From Bradymonadia bacterium (GTDB taxonomy: Bacteria; Myxococcota_A; Bradymonadia; UBA7976; UBA1532), in the NCBI GenBank assembly GCA_046290225.1, contig JBKAGE010000038.1, positions 192,001-256,000 on the forward strand: a DNA stretch of 64,000 bases, read 5' to 3'. Of the stretch, positions 56,832 to 64,000 are shown piece after piece. The notes under the pieces were generated by a model that saw nothing but the letters and a program-made list of their open reading frames with translations, ran no database searches and was not told the DNA's origin. The translations under genes were made by a program, and so were the position numbers. How positions within the stretch are numbered: position 1 is the first letter of the stretch; the number at the start of each line of letters is the position of its first letter.

Positions 56832-57200
56832 AGCGGACGGCCGTGCCTTTGGCACCGCCTGTAGCGGACGGCCGTGCTGCGCACCGCCTGTAGCGGACGC
56901 CGAGTCTGCCTTCGGCAGCCTGAGCTGTAGCTTTTTTAGAGAGTTATGGTGTGCTTGGTGGGCTTCTCGACCCAGGTTGGGGCTTACGCCGGAACTGGTA
57001 CGTCAACAGCCACTGCACTGCGCGGTAGATGAGCCCACGCCCCCAAAGTGATCTTCAAAAAGCTACAGGGAATTTGCCGTAGGCAAATGAGCGTCCGCTA
57101 CAGCTCTCGCCGAAGGCGAGGCGTCCGCTACAGACGCAGCGCAGCGAAAGCTTTTGCTGGGTCGTCCGCTACAGGCGGCCCGAAGGGCGGCCGTCCGCTC
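56831..57200. repeat. Mirror-symmetric REP/MITE-like element built from CTGTAGCGGACG units
   Basis: The 12-mer lies on + at 56859 and 56888 and on - at 57092, 57122 and 57163. The outer ends (GAGCGGACG/CGTCCGCTC) and inner ends (CTGTAGCTTTTT/AAAAAGCTACAG) are also inverted. Confidence 0.85.
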
Positions 57201-57288
57201 CCAGCCCACCCAGCCTTTCAGTCCCGACCCCCTTCTGCCGAAATCCAAGTCGATGTGCCCTCGGGCACCCATCTGCAGTGGGTTTCAC

Positions 57289-58827
57289 ATGTCTTCGGCG
57301 CCTTCGTTCCACTCCGCCTATGGTCGCCTCTGTCCGCGTTGCCGACGCCCCGCAGCGGGCGGCCGCCGCTGCCCCTATGACGGCGCGTTCTACGTCGAGC
57401 GGCAGGCTCTGGAGGCCGTGGGCCGTGACAGCCACCTCGGGGCCCTCGTGGGGGATCGCTATGTGGTCGAAGCCCGGTTGGGCTTTGGTGGCATGGGCAG
57501 CGTCTACCGCGGCCGGGACGAAGAATCTGGCGAGGCGGTCGCCGTGAAGTTCCTGCGGGAAGAGTACGCGAGTCACCCTGCCATTCGGCAGCGCTTCATC
57601 CGCGAGGCTGAGGCTGGGGCCTCTCTGGTACACCCCAACGTGGTGAGCCTGCTCGACTTCGGCGTCGACTCGAGTCACACCCTCTACATCGTCATGGATC
57701 TCGTCGAGGGGCACACGCTCAGAGATGAAGTGAACAAGAGCGGGGCCTTCAGTGTGGCCCACGCCCGCGATCTGGCGGTTCAGATCCTGAGAGGGCTCCA
57801 GGCTGCCCACGACGTCGGACTGGTGCATCGCGATCTCAAGCACGACAACATCATGCTCGTCGGCGATCGCAGCCGCCTGCAGGTGCGCCTGCTCGACTTC
57901 GGCGTCGTGAAAATCAACGGCCGCCCCAATGACGAGACCCTCGGCCTGGTGACGCAGACCGGGGTGCTGGTGGGCTCGCCGAGCTACATGAGCCCCGAGC
58001 AGGTTCGAGGCCTCGAGGTCGGGCCCCCTGCCGACGTCTATGCGCTGGCGGTGGTGCTCTATGAAGCCATGACCGCCCGCAGGCTCTTCAAGGTGGACAG
58101 CTACGATTCGCTGCTCCGTGAGGGTGCTCAGCGCGAGGCCCCACCGTTGACCCACACCGCTGAGGGAGAGGCGGTACCGCCGGCCTTCAACCGCATCATC
58201 CAGCGGGCCCTGGCCCATGATCCTGCGGAGCGTTTCCCTGATGCCCGCACCATGCGCCTCGCCCTGGAGCAAATGGATCCGAGGCCCCCAGGCCTGCCCA
58301 CGGAGCTGCTTGCCGATGCACCGGCGACGCCGCTGCCCACGCCTGTGCCGGCGGGATCTTTCCTCGAACCCACGCCCCTGCCTGATGTGCACCACGCCAT
58401 CCACGACACGATGCCGTCCACTCGGGCGCTCACCCGGACGCTGCTCGAAAATGCGAAGGCTGCCCAGGAAGCGCAGACTGCCGTTCGGACTGGCGCGCAG
58501 AGCCAAGCCCCGGACGCCCAAAGTGATCCGGACGCCTCCATCATGAAGGCCTTGTCGACGGATGCATCGCCCATCGCCCTGGACGGTACGCCCACTCGAG
58601 TGAACGCTGAGCCATCGAGCCTCGAAGGCGATCCACCTGCGTCAGAAGATCAGTCACCCCAGAATGCGGTGATGTCGAGCCGGCCAGCCCTCACGCCTCA
58701 ACCAAGCCCCGCTGGCGAGGAGGCGCTCCATGTCCCGCGCTCTGGTGGGGCAGTCTGGATGGCCGCCGGGGGTGCTCTGGCTGCCTTCGGGCTGGTGAAG
58801 CTCGGGGCTTTGCTCTTCGGTGGCTGA
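57289..58827 (+). CDS. Hanks-type Ser/Thr kinase with an N-terminal zinc ribbon and C-terminal TM helix
   Basis: CPRC...CPYDG; GFGGMGSVY, HRDLKHDN, DFG and GSPSYMSPE. Start is 57253 or 57289. Confidence 0.92.
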   Translation: MSSAPSFHSAYGRLCPRCRRPAAGGRRCPYDGAFYVERQALEAVGRDSHLGALVGDRYVVEARLGFGGMGSVYRGRDEESGEAVAVKFLREEYASHPAIRQRFIREAEAGASLVHPNVVSLLDFGVDSSHTLYIVMDLVEGHTLRDEVNKSGAFSVAHARDLAVQILRGLQAAHDVGLVHRDLKHDNIMLVGDRSRLQVRLLDFGVVKINGRPNDETLGLVTQTGVLVGSPSYMSPEQVRGLEVGPPADVYALAVVLYEAMTARRLFKVDSYDSLLREGAQREAPPLTHTAEGEAVPPAFNRIIQRALAHDPAERFPDARTMRLALEQMDPRPPGLPTELLADAPATPLPTPVPAGSFLEPTPLPDVHHAIHDTMPSTRALTRTLLENAKAAQEAQTAVRTGAQSQAPDAQSDPDASIMKALSTDASPIALDGTPTRVNAEPSSLEGDPPASEDQSPQNAVMSSRPALTPQPSPAGEEALHVPRSGGAVWMAAGGALAAFGLVKLGALLFGG

Positions 58828-58886
58828 GGCGTCGTTTACTCCGCCGGACCGGCGCGTTAACTTCGGCCCCTTGACGAAGGGCCGAG

Positions 58887-59339
58887 ATGACTTCACCGAC
58901 ACCCATCGAGCTGTTCACTGACGGCGCCTGTAGTGGGAATCCCGGCCCTGGCGGCTGGGGCGCTTTGCTCTGCTGGAAGGGCCACGAGCGCACACTGAGC
59001 GGCGGCGCTGATCACACCACCAACAACCGCATGGAGTTGCAGGCAGCCATCGAAGGGCTCAACGCGATCCACCGGCCCATGTCGGTGGTGGTCTACACCG
59101 ACTCCACCTACGTGAAGCAGGGCATCACCGCATGGGTGGACGGCTGGCGACGCCGTGGCTGGCGCACCGCCTCGGGGTCACCGGTGAAGAACGATGATTT
59201 GTGGCGCGCCCTCGTCGATGCCTGCACCCGCCACACCGTGGAGTGGCGCTGGGTGAAGGGCCATGCAGGTCACCCGGGCAATGAGCGAGCCGACGCCCTG
59301 GCCCGCGCCGCGGTGCCCCGCTCTGCTGTGTCGCGCTGA
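58887..59339 (+). CDS. rnhA: Ribonuclease HI
   Basis: [29 protein letters not shown] and [15 protein letters not shown]. Confidence 0.98.
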   Translation: MTSPTPIELFTDGACSGNPGPGGWGALLCWKGHERTLSGGADHTTNNRMELQAAIEGLNAIHRPMSVVVYTDSTYVKQGITAWVDGWRRRGWRTASGSPVKNDDLWRALVDACTRHTVEWRWVKGHAGHPGNERADALARAAVPRSAVSR

Positions 59340-59355
59340 GCGGGGCGCGCCAGCA

Positions 59356-60951
59356 TCAGGCGAGGCGCTCTTTCACCACACCCCAGGTCAGGTCGAAGCG
59401 CGCGAGATACTTGCGCAGCCGATCGGCGTCGTTCACTTGCTTCCGTTGAGTGCGGGAGTAAGCGAACAGCAAGCGTCCTGCCTCTGACAGCGTCTTGCAC
59501 TGACGACACACCGAGAGCACATCGAGCAACTGCACCCGGTCGAAGCGATCGAGTTGCTCCACCGCTTCTTTGCCGAGCACCTGCTCCAGCATGGCCTGTT
59601 GTGGCGCAGACTGAGCCTCTTCTGGGGTGCGCCAGGCCACGTTGAGGCGGCCGATCTCTTCTTCGACCTCCACCTCGGTGATGCGGCCCCCGTGGGCGAG
59701 GGTGGCCATGCGGGTGACCGCGGCGTTGAGATCGCGAAAGTTTGCCCGCCAGCGACCCTCAGGGCCTGCTCCGAATCGCAAGAACCTCGCTCGAGCCTCA
59801 GCGTTGAAGCGCACCTGCGCGCCGGTCCGCTCCGCGAAGCGATCGAGCTCGTAGTCGAGGTTGGGCGCCAGATCTTCGATGCGGGCCTTCAGCCCCGGCA
59901 GCTCGAAGGTCCAGAGGTTGATCCGGGCGAGCAGGTCTTCGCGGAACGTGCCCTTCATCACCGCCGCTCGCAGGTCGCGGTTGGTGCCGGCGATGAGCTG
60001 GAACCGGCTGAAGGCCGGGCGATCGGCCCCAACGGGGAGAAACTCGCCGCTCTCCAGAGCCCGCAGCAACATCGCCTGCTCATCGAGGCCCAGCTCGCCG
60101 ATCTCGTCGAGGAACAGCACCCCCTGATCAGCGGTCTTCAGCAGACCAGGCCTTGGGTTCTGAGCCCCGGTGAAGGCGCCTTTGATATGGCCGAACAGGG
60201 TGGACTGCGCCGTGTCGCCCCGGAGGGTGGCGCAGTTCACCTCGACATATTCTCCCGTAACCTGATTACGGCTCTTCTTGAGGGCGAAGATGCGTCGGGC
60301 CAACTGGGTCTTGCCAGCGCCCGTGGGCCCCGTGAGCAGCATCGGGGCCTCGCTCACGATGGCCACGCGCTCGATCTGCTCGATCATGTGGTTGAAGGCG
60401 GCGTTGCGGGTCTCGATGCCTGCCTTCAAGAACGACAGCGCCTCTTGTTGCTCGACGACGAAGCGCTGGGCGATGGCGTCGTACCGCGACAAGTCGAGAT
60501 CGATCACCCGCCAGCGGCCGATCCGCGCCCCGCGGCCGGGAGGCGACGTCTGCAGCAGCCGCCCGGGCAGGTGCCTGGACTCCGTGAGCAGGAACGTACA
60601 GATCTGCGCCACGTGGCTGCCGGTGGTGATGTGGATCAGGTAATCCTCAGCCTCAGGGTCGAAGTCGTAGCTGCGCGTAAAGCCGTAGAGTGCGTCGTAG
60701 ACCTCTTCGAAATCCCACGGATCGGAGAACGTCACCGGGTGCAGGTTCACCGTGGTCTCCGGCGACACACGCCCCAGGTCCTCAATGACCTCGTCGGCGA
60801 TGGACCGGAATTGGGGCGAGTGCAGCAGCTCGAACCGATCGACGATCAAATCAGCGTGCTGACAGATCGACACAGAGGGCCGCCATCGCTGCCATCGCTC
60901 GGGGTTGCCGCCGGCGTCGAGTTTGGGCCCCAGCAGACCGATGACCACCAC
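59356..60951 (-). CDS. rtcR: RNA-repair sigma54 activator RtcR
   Basis: RWQRWRPSVSICQ, DPWDFEEVY, HITTGSHVAQIC, GPTGAGKT, GAFTGA and NDADRLRKYLARF. The start is uncertain (GTG 60951 or further upstream). Confidence 0.95.
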   Translation of the reverse strand: MVVIGLLGPKLDAGGNPERWQRWRPSVSICQHADLIVDRFELLHSPQFRSIADEVIEDLGRVSPETTVNLHPVTFSDPWDFEEVYDALYGFTRSYDFDPEAEDYLIHITTGSHVAQICTFLLTESRHLPGRLLQTSPPGRGARIGRWRVIDLDLSRYDAIAQRFVVEQQEALSFLKAGIETRNAAFNHMIEQIERVAIVSEAPMLLTGPTGAGKTQLARRIFALKKSRNQVTGEYVEVNCATLRGDTAQSTLFGHIKGAFTGAQNPRPGLLKTADQGVLFLDEIGELGLDEQAMLLRALESGEFLPVGADRPAFSRFQLIAGTNRDLRAAVMKGTFREDLLARINLWTFELPGLKARIEDLAPNLDYELDRFAERTGAQVRFNAEARARFLRFGAGPEGRWRANFRDLNAAVTRMATLAHGGRITEVEVEEEIGRLNVAWRTPEEAQSAPQQAMLEQVLGKEAVEQLDRFDRVQLLDVLSVCRQCKTLSEAGRLLFAYSRTQRKQVNDADRLRKYLARFDLTWGVVKERLA

Positions 60952-61107
60952 GGGGCGCCCGGGGCGTGGGCGCCAGTGCCATCCCTGCGACGCCTTCCCT
61001 CTGGTGTGTGTCTGTTGCAGTGATTCTCGCTGTGACGCTTGAGGGCTCTCCCCTCGGGCGATCCCCCCGCGTGAGGGCGCCAATTCTCGCTCCATCTGGG
61101 CTCCACC

Positions 61108-61124
61108 TTGGGGTATATCGTGCA
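61108..61124 (+). promoter_or_regulatory. Weak candidate sigma54 promoter for rtcA
   Basis: TTGGGGTATATCGTGCA has GG-N10-GC spacing but lacks the CAC consensus. Its position fits RtcR-driven divergent transcription. Confidence 0.3.
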
Positions 61125-61151
61125 CAGCACGCAGTAGCACGGAGACCGGAC

Positions 61152-62222
61152 ATGGTCGAGCCTGAGATGATCGAGATCAACGGAGCCGAGGGTGAAGGCG
61201 GAGGCCAGATCATTCGCACGGCGCTGAGCCTTTCGCTGCTCACCGGGCGCCCCTTCACCATCGAGCAGGTGCGGGGCGGGCGCCGCAAACCCGGGCTGCT
61301 GCGACAACACCTCACCGCAGTCCGCGCCGCTGCCCGCATCGGCGCCGCCGAGGTGGAGGGTGATCACCTCGGGAGCGATCGGCTGGTGTTCCGACCCCAG
61401 GGGCTCGTTGCCGGGCACTACGATCTGGCCATCGGCAGCGCCGGCAGCGCCAACCTCGTGGTGCAGACCCTGCTCCCTGCCCTGCTCAACGCGGATCAGC
61501 CCTCTCACGTGTCGGTCTCCGGAGGCACTCACAACCCGGCCTCTCCGAGCTTCGACTACCTCGACCAGGTGTTCTTGCCTGTGGTGGAGCGGATGGGCGC
61601 TCAGGTGAAACGCACGATGCACGCCCCGGGCTTCTTCCCTGCTGGGGGCGGCCGGATCAGCTTCGACATCACCCCGGTGCCGCTGTCGCCCATCACCCTC
61701 GACACCCGACCCGAAGACATCACGTGGCACGCCCAGGTGCTCATCGCTCACCTGCCTGCCCACGTGGCCGAGCGCGAGGTGAGCCAGCTCGCCGAGGGCA
61801 TGAGCCTGCGGCCCGAGGCCGTGCAGGTGGTCAACCTCGACGCGCAGTCCGCCGGGCCGGGCAACGCGGTGATCCTCACCGCCAGGGCCGGCGACGTGGT
61901 GGAGCAGTTCACCGGCTTCGGGCGCAAGGGCGTCAAGGCCGAGGTGGTCGTCGACGAGGTGGTGGCCGAGGCCCGGGCGTGGCTCGGCAGCGGCGCACCC
62001 GTGGGGCCTCACCTCGCCGATCAGCTCATCTTGCCCATGGCCCTCGCAGGTGGAGGGCGGTTCGTCACCCAGGCCCCCCAGCAGCACACCCTCACCCAGG
62101 TGAAGACTGTGGGCCGGTTCCTCGACATCGCCATCGACCTGCAGCACAACGACGACGAGACGGCCGGGCGCACCTGGACCCTCACCGTCGGCGACGGTCG
62201 CGCTCTCGGAGATGCCTCTTGA
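61152..62222 (+). CDS. rtcA: RNA 3'-terminal phosphate cyclase
   Basis: GEGGGQIIRTAL, RRKPGLLRQHLT, GGTHNP, GFFPAGGG and HLADQL. ATG follows a GGAG RBS. Confidence 0.96.
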   Translation: MVEPEMIEINGAEGEGGGQIIRTALSLSLLTGRPFTIEQVRGGRRKPGLLRQHLTAVRAAARIGAAEVEGDHLGSDRLVFRPQGLVAGHYDLAIGSAGSANLVVQTLLPALLNADQPSHVSVSGGTHNPASPSFDYLDQVFLPVVERMGAQVKRTMHAPGFFPAGGGRISFDITPVPLSPITLDTRPEDITWHAQVLIAHLPAHVAEREVSQLAEGMSLRPEAVQVVNLDAQSAGPGNAVILTARAGDVVEQFTGFGRKGVKAEVVVDEVVAEARAWLGSGAPVGPHLADQLILPMALAGGGRFVTQAPQQHTLTQVKTVGRFLDIAIDLQHNDDETAGRTWTLTVGDGRALGDAS

Positions 62223-62785
62223 GCACATCGGGCCCAGCGGGGATCCGCGCCACGGCGACGTGGCGTCTGCCCCCGGACAGCAGCCGCGCAGTGCGGCGCA
62301 CCCTGGCCTTCGTGCTGCCTCAGATTCCGCTGTGTCTGCTGGGGTGGTGGCTCTTCGAGCGCACAGATCTGCGACTGATGTGGGTCTGCCTGATCTTCTT
62401 CGTCTGGTGGGGCATCTGGATCCGCATCTTCCTTACGGGGCGCAGCTTCCCCATGGTCTTCGATGGTCGCGCGCTGCTCGTGTACGATCCTCGGGGCAAG
62501 CGCACGTGGCCTCTCGCCGAAGATGCGTCTGTACCGATCCGTAGCGAGCTCGTGGGCACTCGACGACCTGTGGGCAGGGGCGGGCACCAGGTGCCCATGC
62601 AACAGCTGATGTTGCAGGCCATCGACGGCGAGCCGGTCCGACTCCTGCGCACAGTGCCTGAGGAAGATCTCGAAGGATTGACACTGGTCCCCTGGTCCGA
62701 CGACGCCGCCCTCGAAGTCTGGAACGGTGACGGGGCGCTCTTCGACGCTCTGTGCGCACAATCACATCTGAAATCATCCGTGTGA
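62219..62785 (+). CDS. Two-TM hypothetical membrane protein
   Basis: TTG start overlaps the rtcA TGA (TTGA); two hydrophobic helices followed by a soluble domain. Confidence 0.6.
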   Translation: MSTSGPAGIRATATWRLPPDSSRAVRRTLAFVLPQIPLCLLGWWLFERTDLRLMWVCLIFFVWWGIWIRIFLTGRSFPMVFDGRALLVYDPRGKRTWPLAEDASVPIRSELVGTRRPVGRGGHQVPMQQLMLQAIDGEPVRLLRTVPEEDLEGLTLVPWSDDAALEVWNGDGALFDALCAQSHLKSSV

Positions 62786-62920
62786 TTCCGGGCGGTCGCC
62801 ACATCGCCCTTGACGGGCCAACCTCTGACGGGCTACCGAACACACACACCAGTGCTCACATCAACGATGGCGTCTGATTAAGCGATCCGCCATCGCGCTC
62901 TTGTAAGGAAGGCGAAGACC

Positions 62921-63361
62921 ATGGGTTTGCTCTCCCGCTTGACCAAAGGGGTGACCCCTCAAAAGAAGGTCACCGACGACGTCCTGCTCCTCCACTCCAT
63001 GCTCCTGATGGCCGGCGCCGACGGGGTGTTCGACGACGAGGAGATCGACGCGGTGCGCGGGTACTTCGGCACCCTCCCCGAGTTCAAGGACAAGTCTTTC
63101 GAGGAGCTCTACCAGGCTTCTTTGAAGCTCTTGAAGCGCTACAACAACCTCGCTGAGTCCGTCGCCTCTCTCGGCGATCTGTCGACCCAGAACATGAAGG
63201 ACAAGTGCTTCCTCATCGCCGTCGACATCGCCATGTCGACAGGTGACGTGGACGAGACCGAGGACGCCATGCTCGAGTCGATGCAGCGCGTGCTTCAGGT
63301 GGACGACGGCACCGCCACCAAGATCATCGAGGTCATGAACATCAAGTACGCCAAGGCCTGA
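62921..63361 (+). CDS. TerB-family (tellurite-resistance-like) protein
   Basis: MAGADGVFDDEE and IAMSTGDVDETE...L; AAGGAAGG RBS. Confidence 0.85.
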   Translation: MGLLSRLTKGVTPQKKVTDDVLLLHSMLLMAGADGVFDDEEIDAVRGYFGTLPEFKDKSFEELYQASLKLLKRYNNLAESVASLGDLSTQNMKDKCFLIAVDIAMSTGDVDETEDAMLESMQRVLQVDDGTATKIIEVMNIKYAKA

Positions 63362-63495
63362 TTCAGGTCTTCGCGACTCAGGCCAGCATGTGCACGACCG
63401 TGCATGTGCTGGTCCACCTCACGCCCCTTCCTCGGCGCGCTGCCTCTACAGTCTAGATTGCAGCGTTCAGGCCGCCCTTCATTCAGGAGACAGTC

Positions 63496-64000
63496 ATGTT
63501 GATTGACCCACGCACCATTCAGGTCCGGCGTGAGGCGGCCATGCGCCAGCAGCTCGCCGACAACTACGGCATCCGCAAGGGCCTCGAGTTCCTCAAGCAT
63601 CACCGGAACGGCCGGGGCTACGGCTACCGCCGCAGCCTGCTCACCCGAGCCCTGCGCCTCACCCGTGACATGGCACCGGAGATCGCCGACATCATCACGG
63701 AGTGCAAGCGCATCATCGGTTACGAGCGGCCCATCGAGGTCTTCGTCACTCCGGAGAACCACTTCAACGCCAGCTGTCAGCGTGAGCCAGGGCATGGCCC
63801 CACCATCCTCACGCTGTCGAGTCGGCTGCTCGAGGCCTTCACTGTGCCCGAGCTGCGCTTCGTCATCGGTCACGAGCTCGGCCACGCCAGCTTCGACCAC
63901 TACGAGCTGCCCATGCCCATCATCGCCACCCTCACCGATCGGGTGGGCGTCAAGTTCGTCGACCGCCACACCAGCATCGATCTCTACGCGTGGTGTCGTG
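63496..64000 (+). CDS. M48-family zinc metallopeptidase, 3'-truncated (absent from the ORF track)
   Basis: My translation from ATG 63496 (AGGAG RBS) reads MLIDPRTIQVRRE...FNA...LSSRLLE..T..ELRFVIGHELGH and stays open to the window end. Confidence 0.88.
   Translation, partial: MLIDPRTIQVRREAAMRQQLADNYGIRKGLEFLKHHRNGRGYGYRRSLLTRALRLTRDMAPEIADIITECKRIIGYERPIEVFVTPENHFNASCQREPGHGPTILTLSSRLLEAFTVPELRFVIGHELGHASFDHYELPMPIIATLTDRVGVKFVDRHTSIDLYAWCR

Noticed and set aside
56938..57056. tRNA, SRP RNA or Y RNA call
   Set aside because: No cloverleaf/TTCGA arm or SRP core motif is recognisable on either strand, so it is kept only as an unassigned structured core.
56831..57200. CRISPR array
   Set aside because: The repeats are only 12 bp and switch orientation midway, the spacers are short self-complementary hairpins, and there are no cas genes.
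57154..57252. Kinase N-terminal extension from TTG 57154
   Set aside because: It begins within the repeat element. ATG 57253 or 57289, just before the zinc ribbon, is more plausible.
63295..63969. 224-aa minus-strand ORF
   Set aside because: Shadow of the real plus-strand M48 peptidase (HELGH), which the ORF track missed because it has no stop in the window.

Overview
High-GC (roughly two-thirds G+C by eye), gene-dense chromosomal window from a Myxococcota-type bacterium, judged from the MYXO-CTERM protease, PEGA-domain Ser/Thr kinases, an AgmX/PglI-type C-terminal domain and many Cys-rich lipoproteins. I see no rRNA, tRNA, CRISPR array, prophage or transposase. Recognisable genes include nfeD-floA, an AGCS amino-acid symporter, a soluble PAS-MCP, a 9-CXXCH multiheme cytochrome c, three Hanks-type kinases, chaC, a low-molecular-weight PTP, an OmpA-family protein, a LolCDE/MacB-like ABC set with a LolA-like protein, uppP, rnhA, rtcR/rtcA, a TerB-family protein and a truncated M48 peptidase. 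The strongest candidate for an undescribed system is a six-gene minus-strand operon at 8906-16952. It encodes two double-OB-fold lipoproteins, an outer-membrane beta-barrel, a lamin-tail-domain lipoprotein, a catalytically dead PLD lipoprotein and an intact two-HKD PLD fused to a lamin-tail domain, which together suggest a surface machine for capturing, degrading and importing extracellular nucleic acid. Other leads are a 370-bp mirror-symmetric GTAG repeat element with C-GNA-G mini-hairpins (56831-57200), tandem pseudo-protease/beta-barrel paralogues each with its own sigma54-like promoter, and a coupled pair of Ig plus BPI/TULIP-like lipoproteins. All domain calls come from reading motifs by eye, not from database searches.
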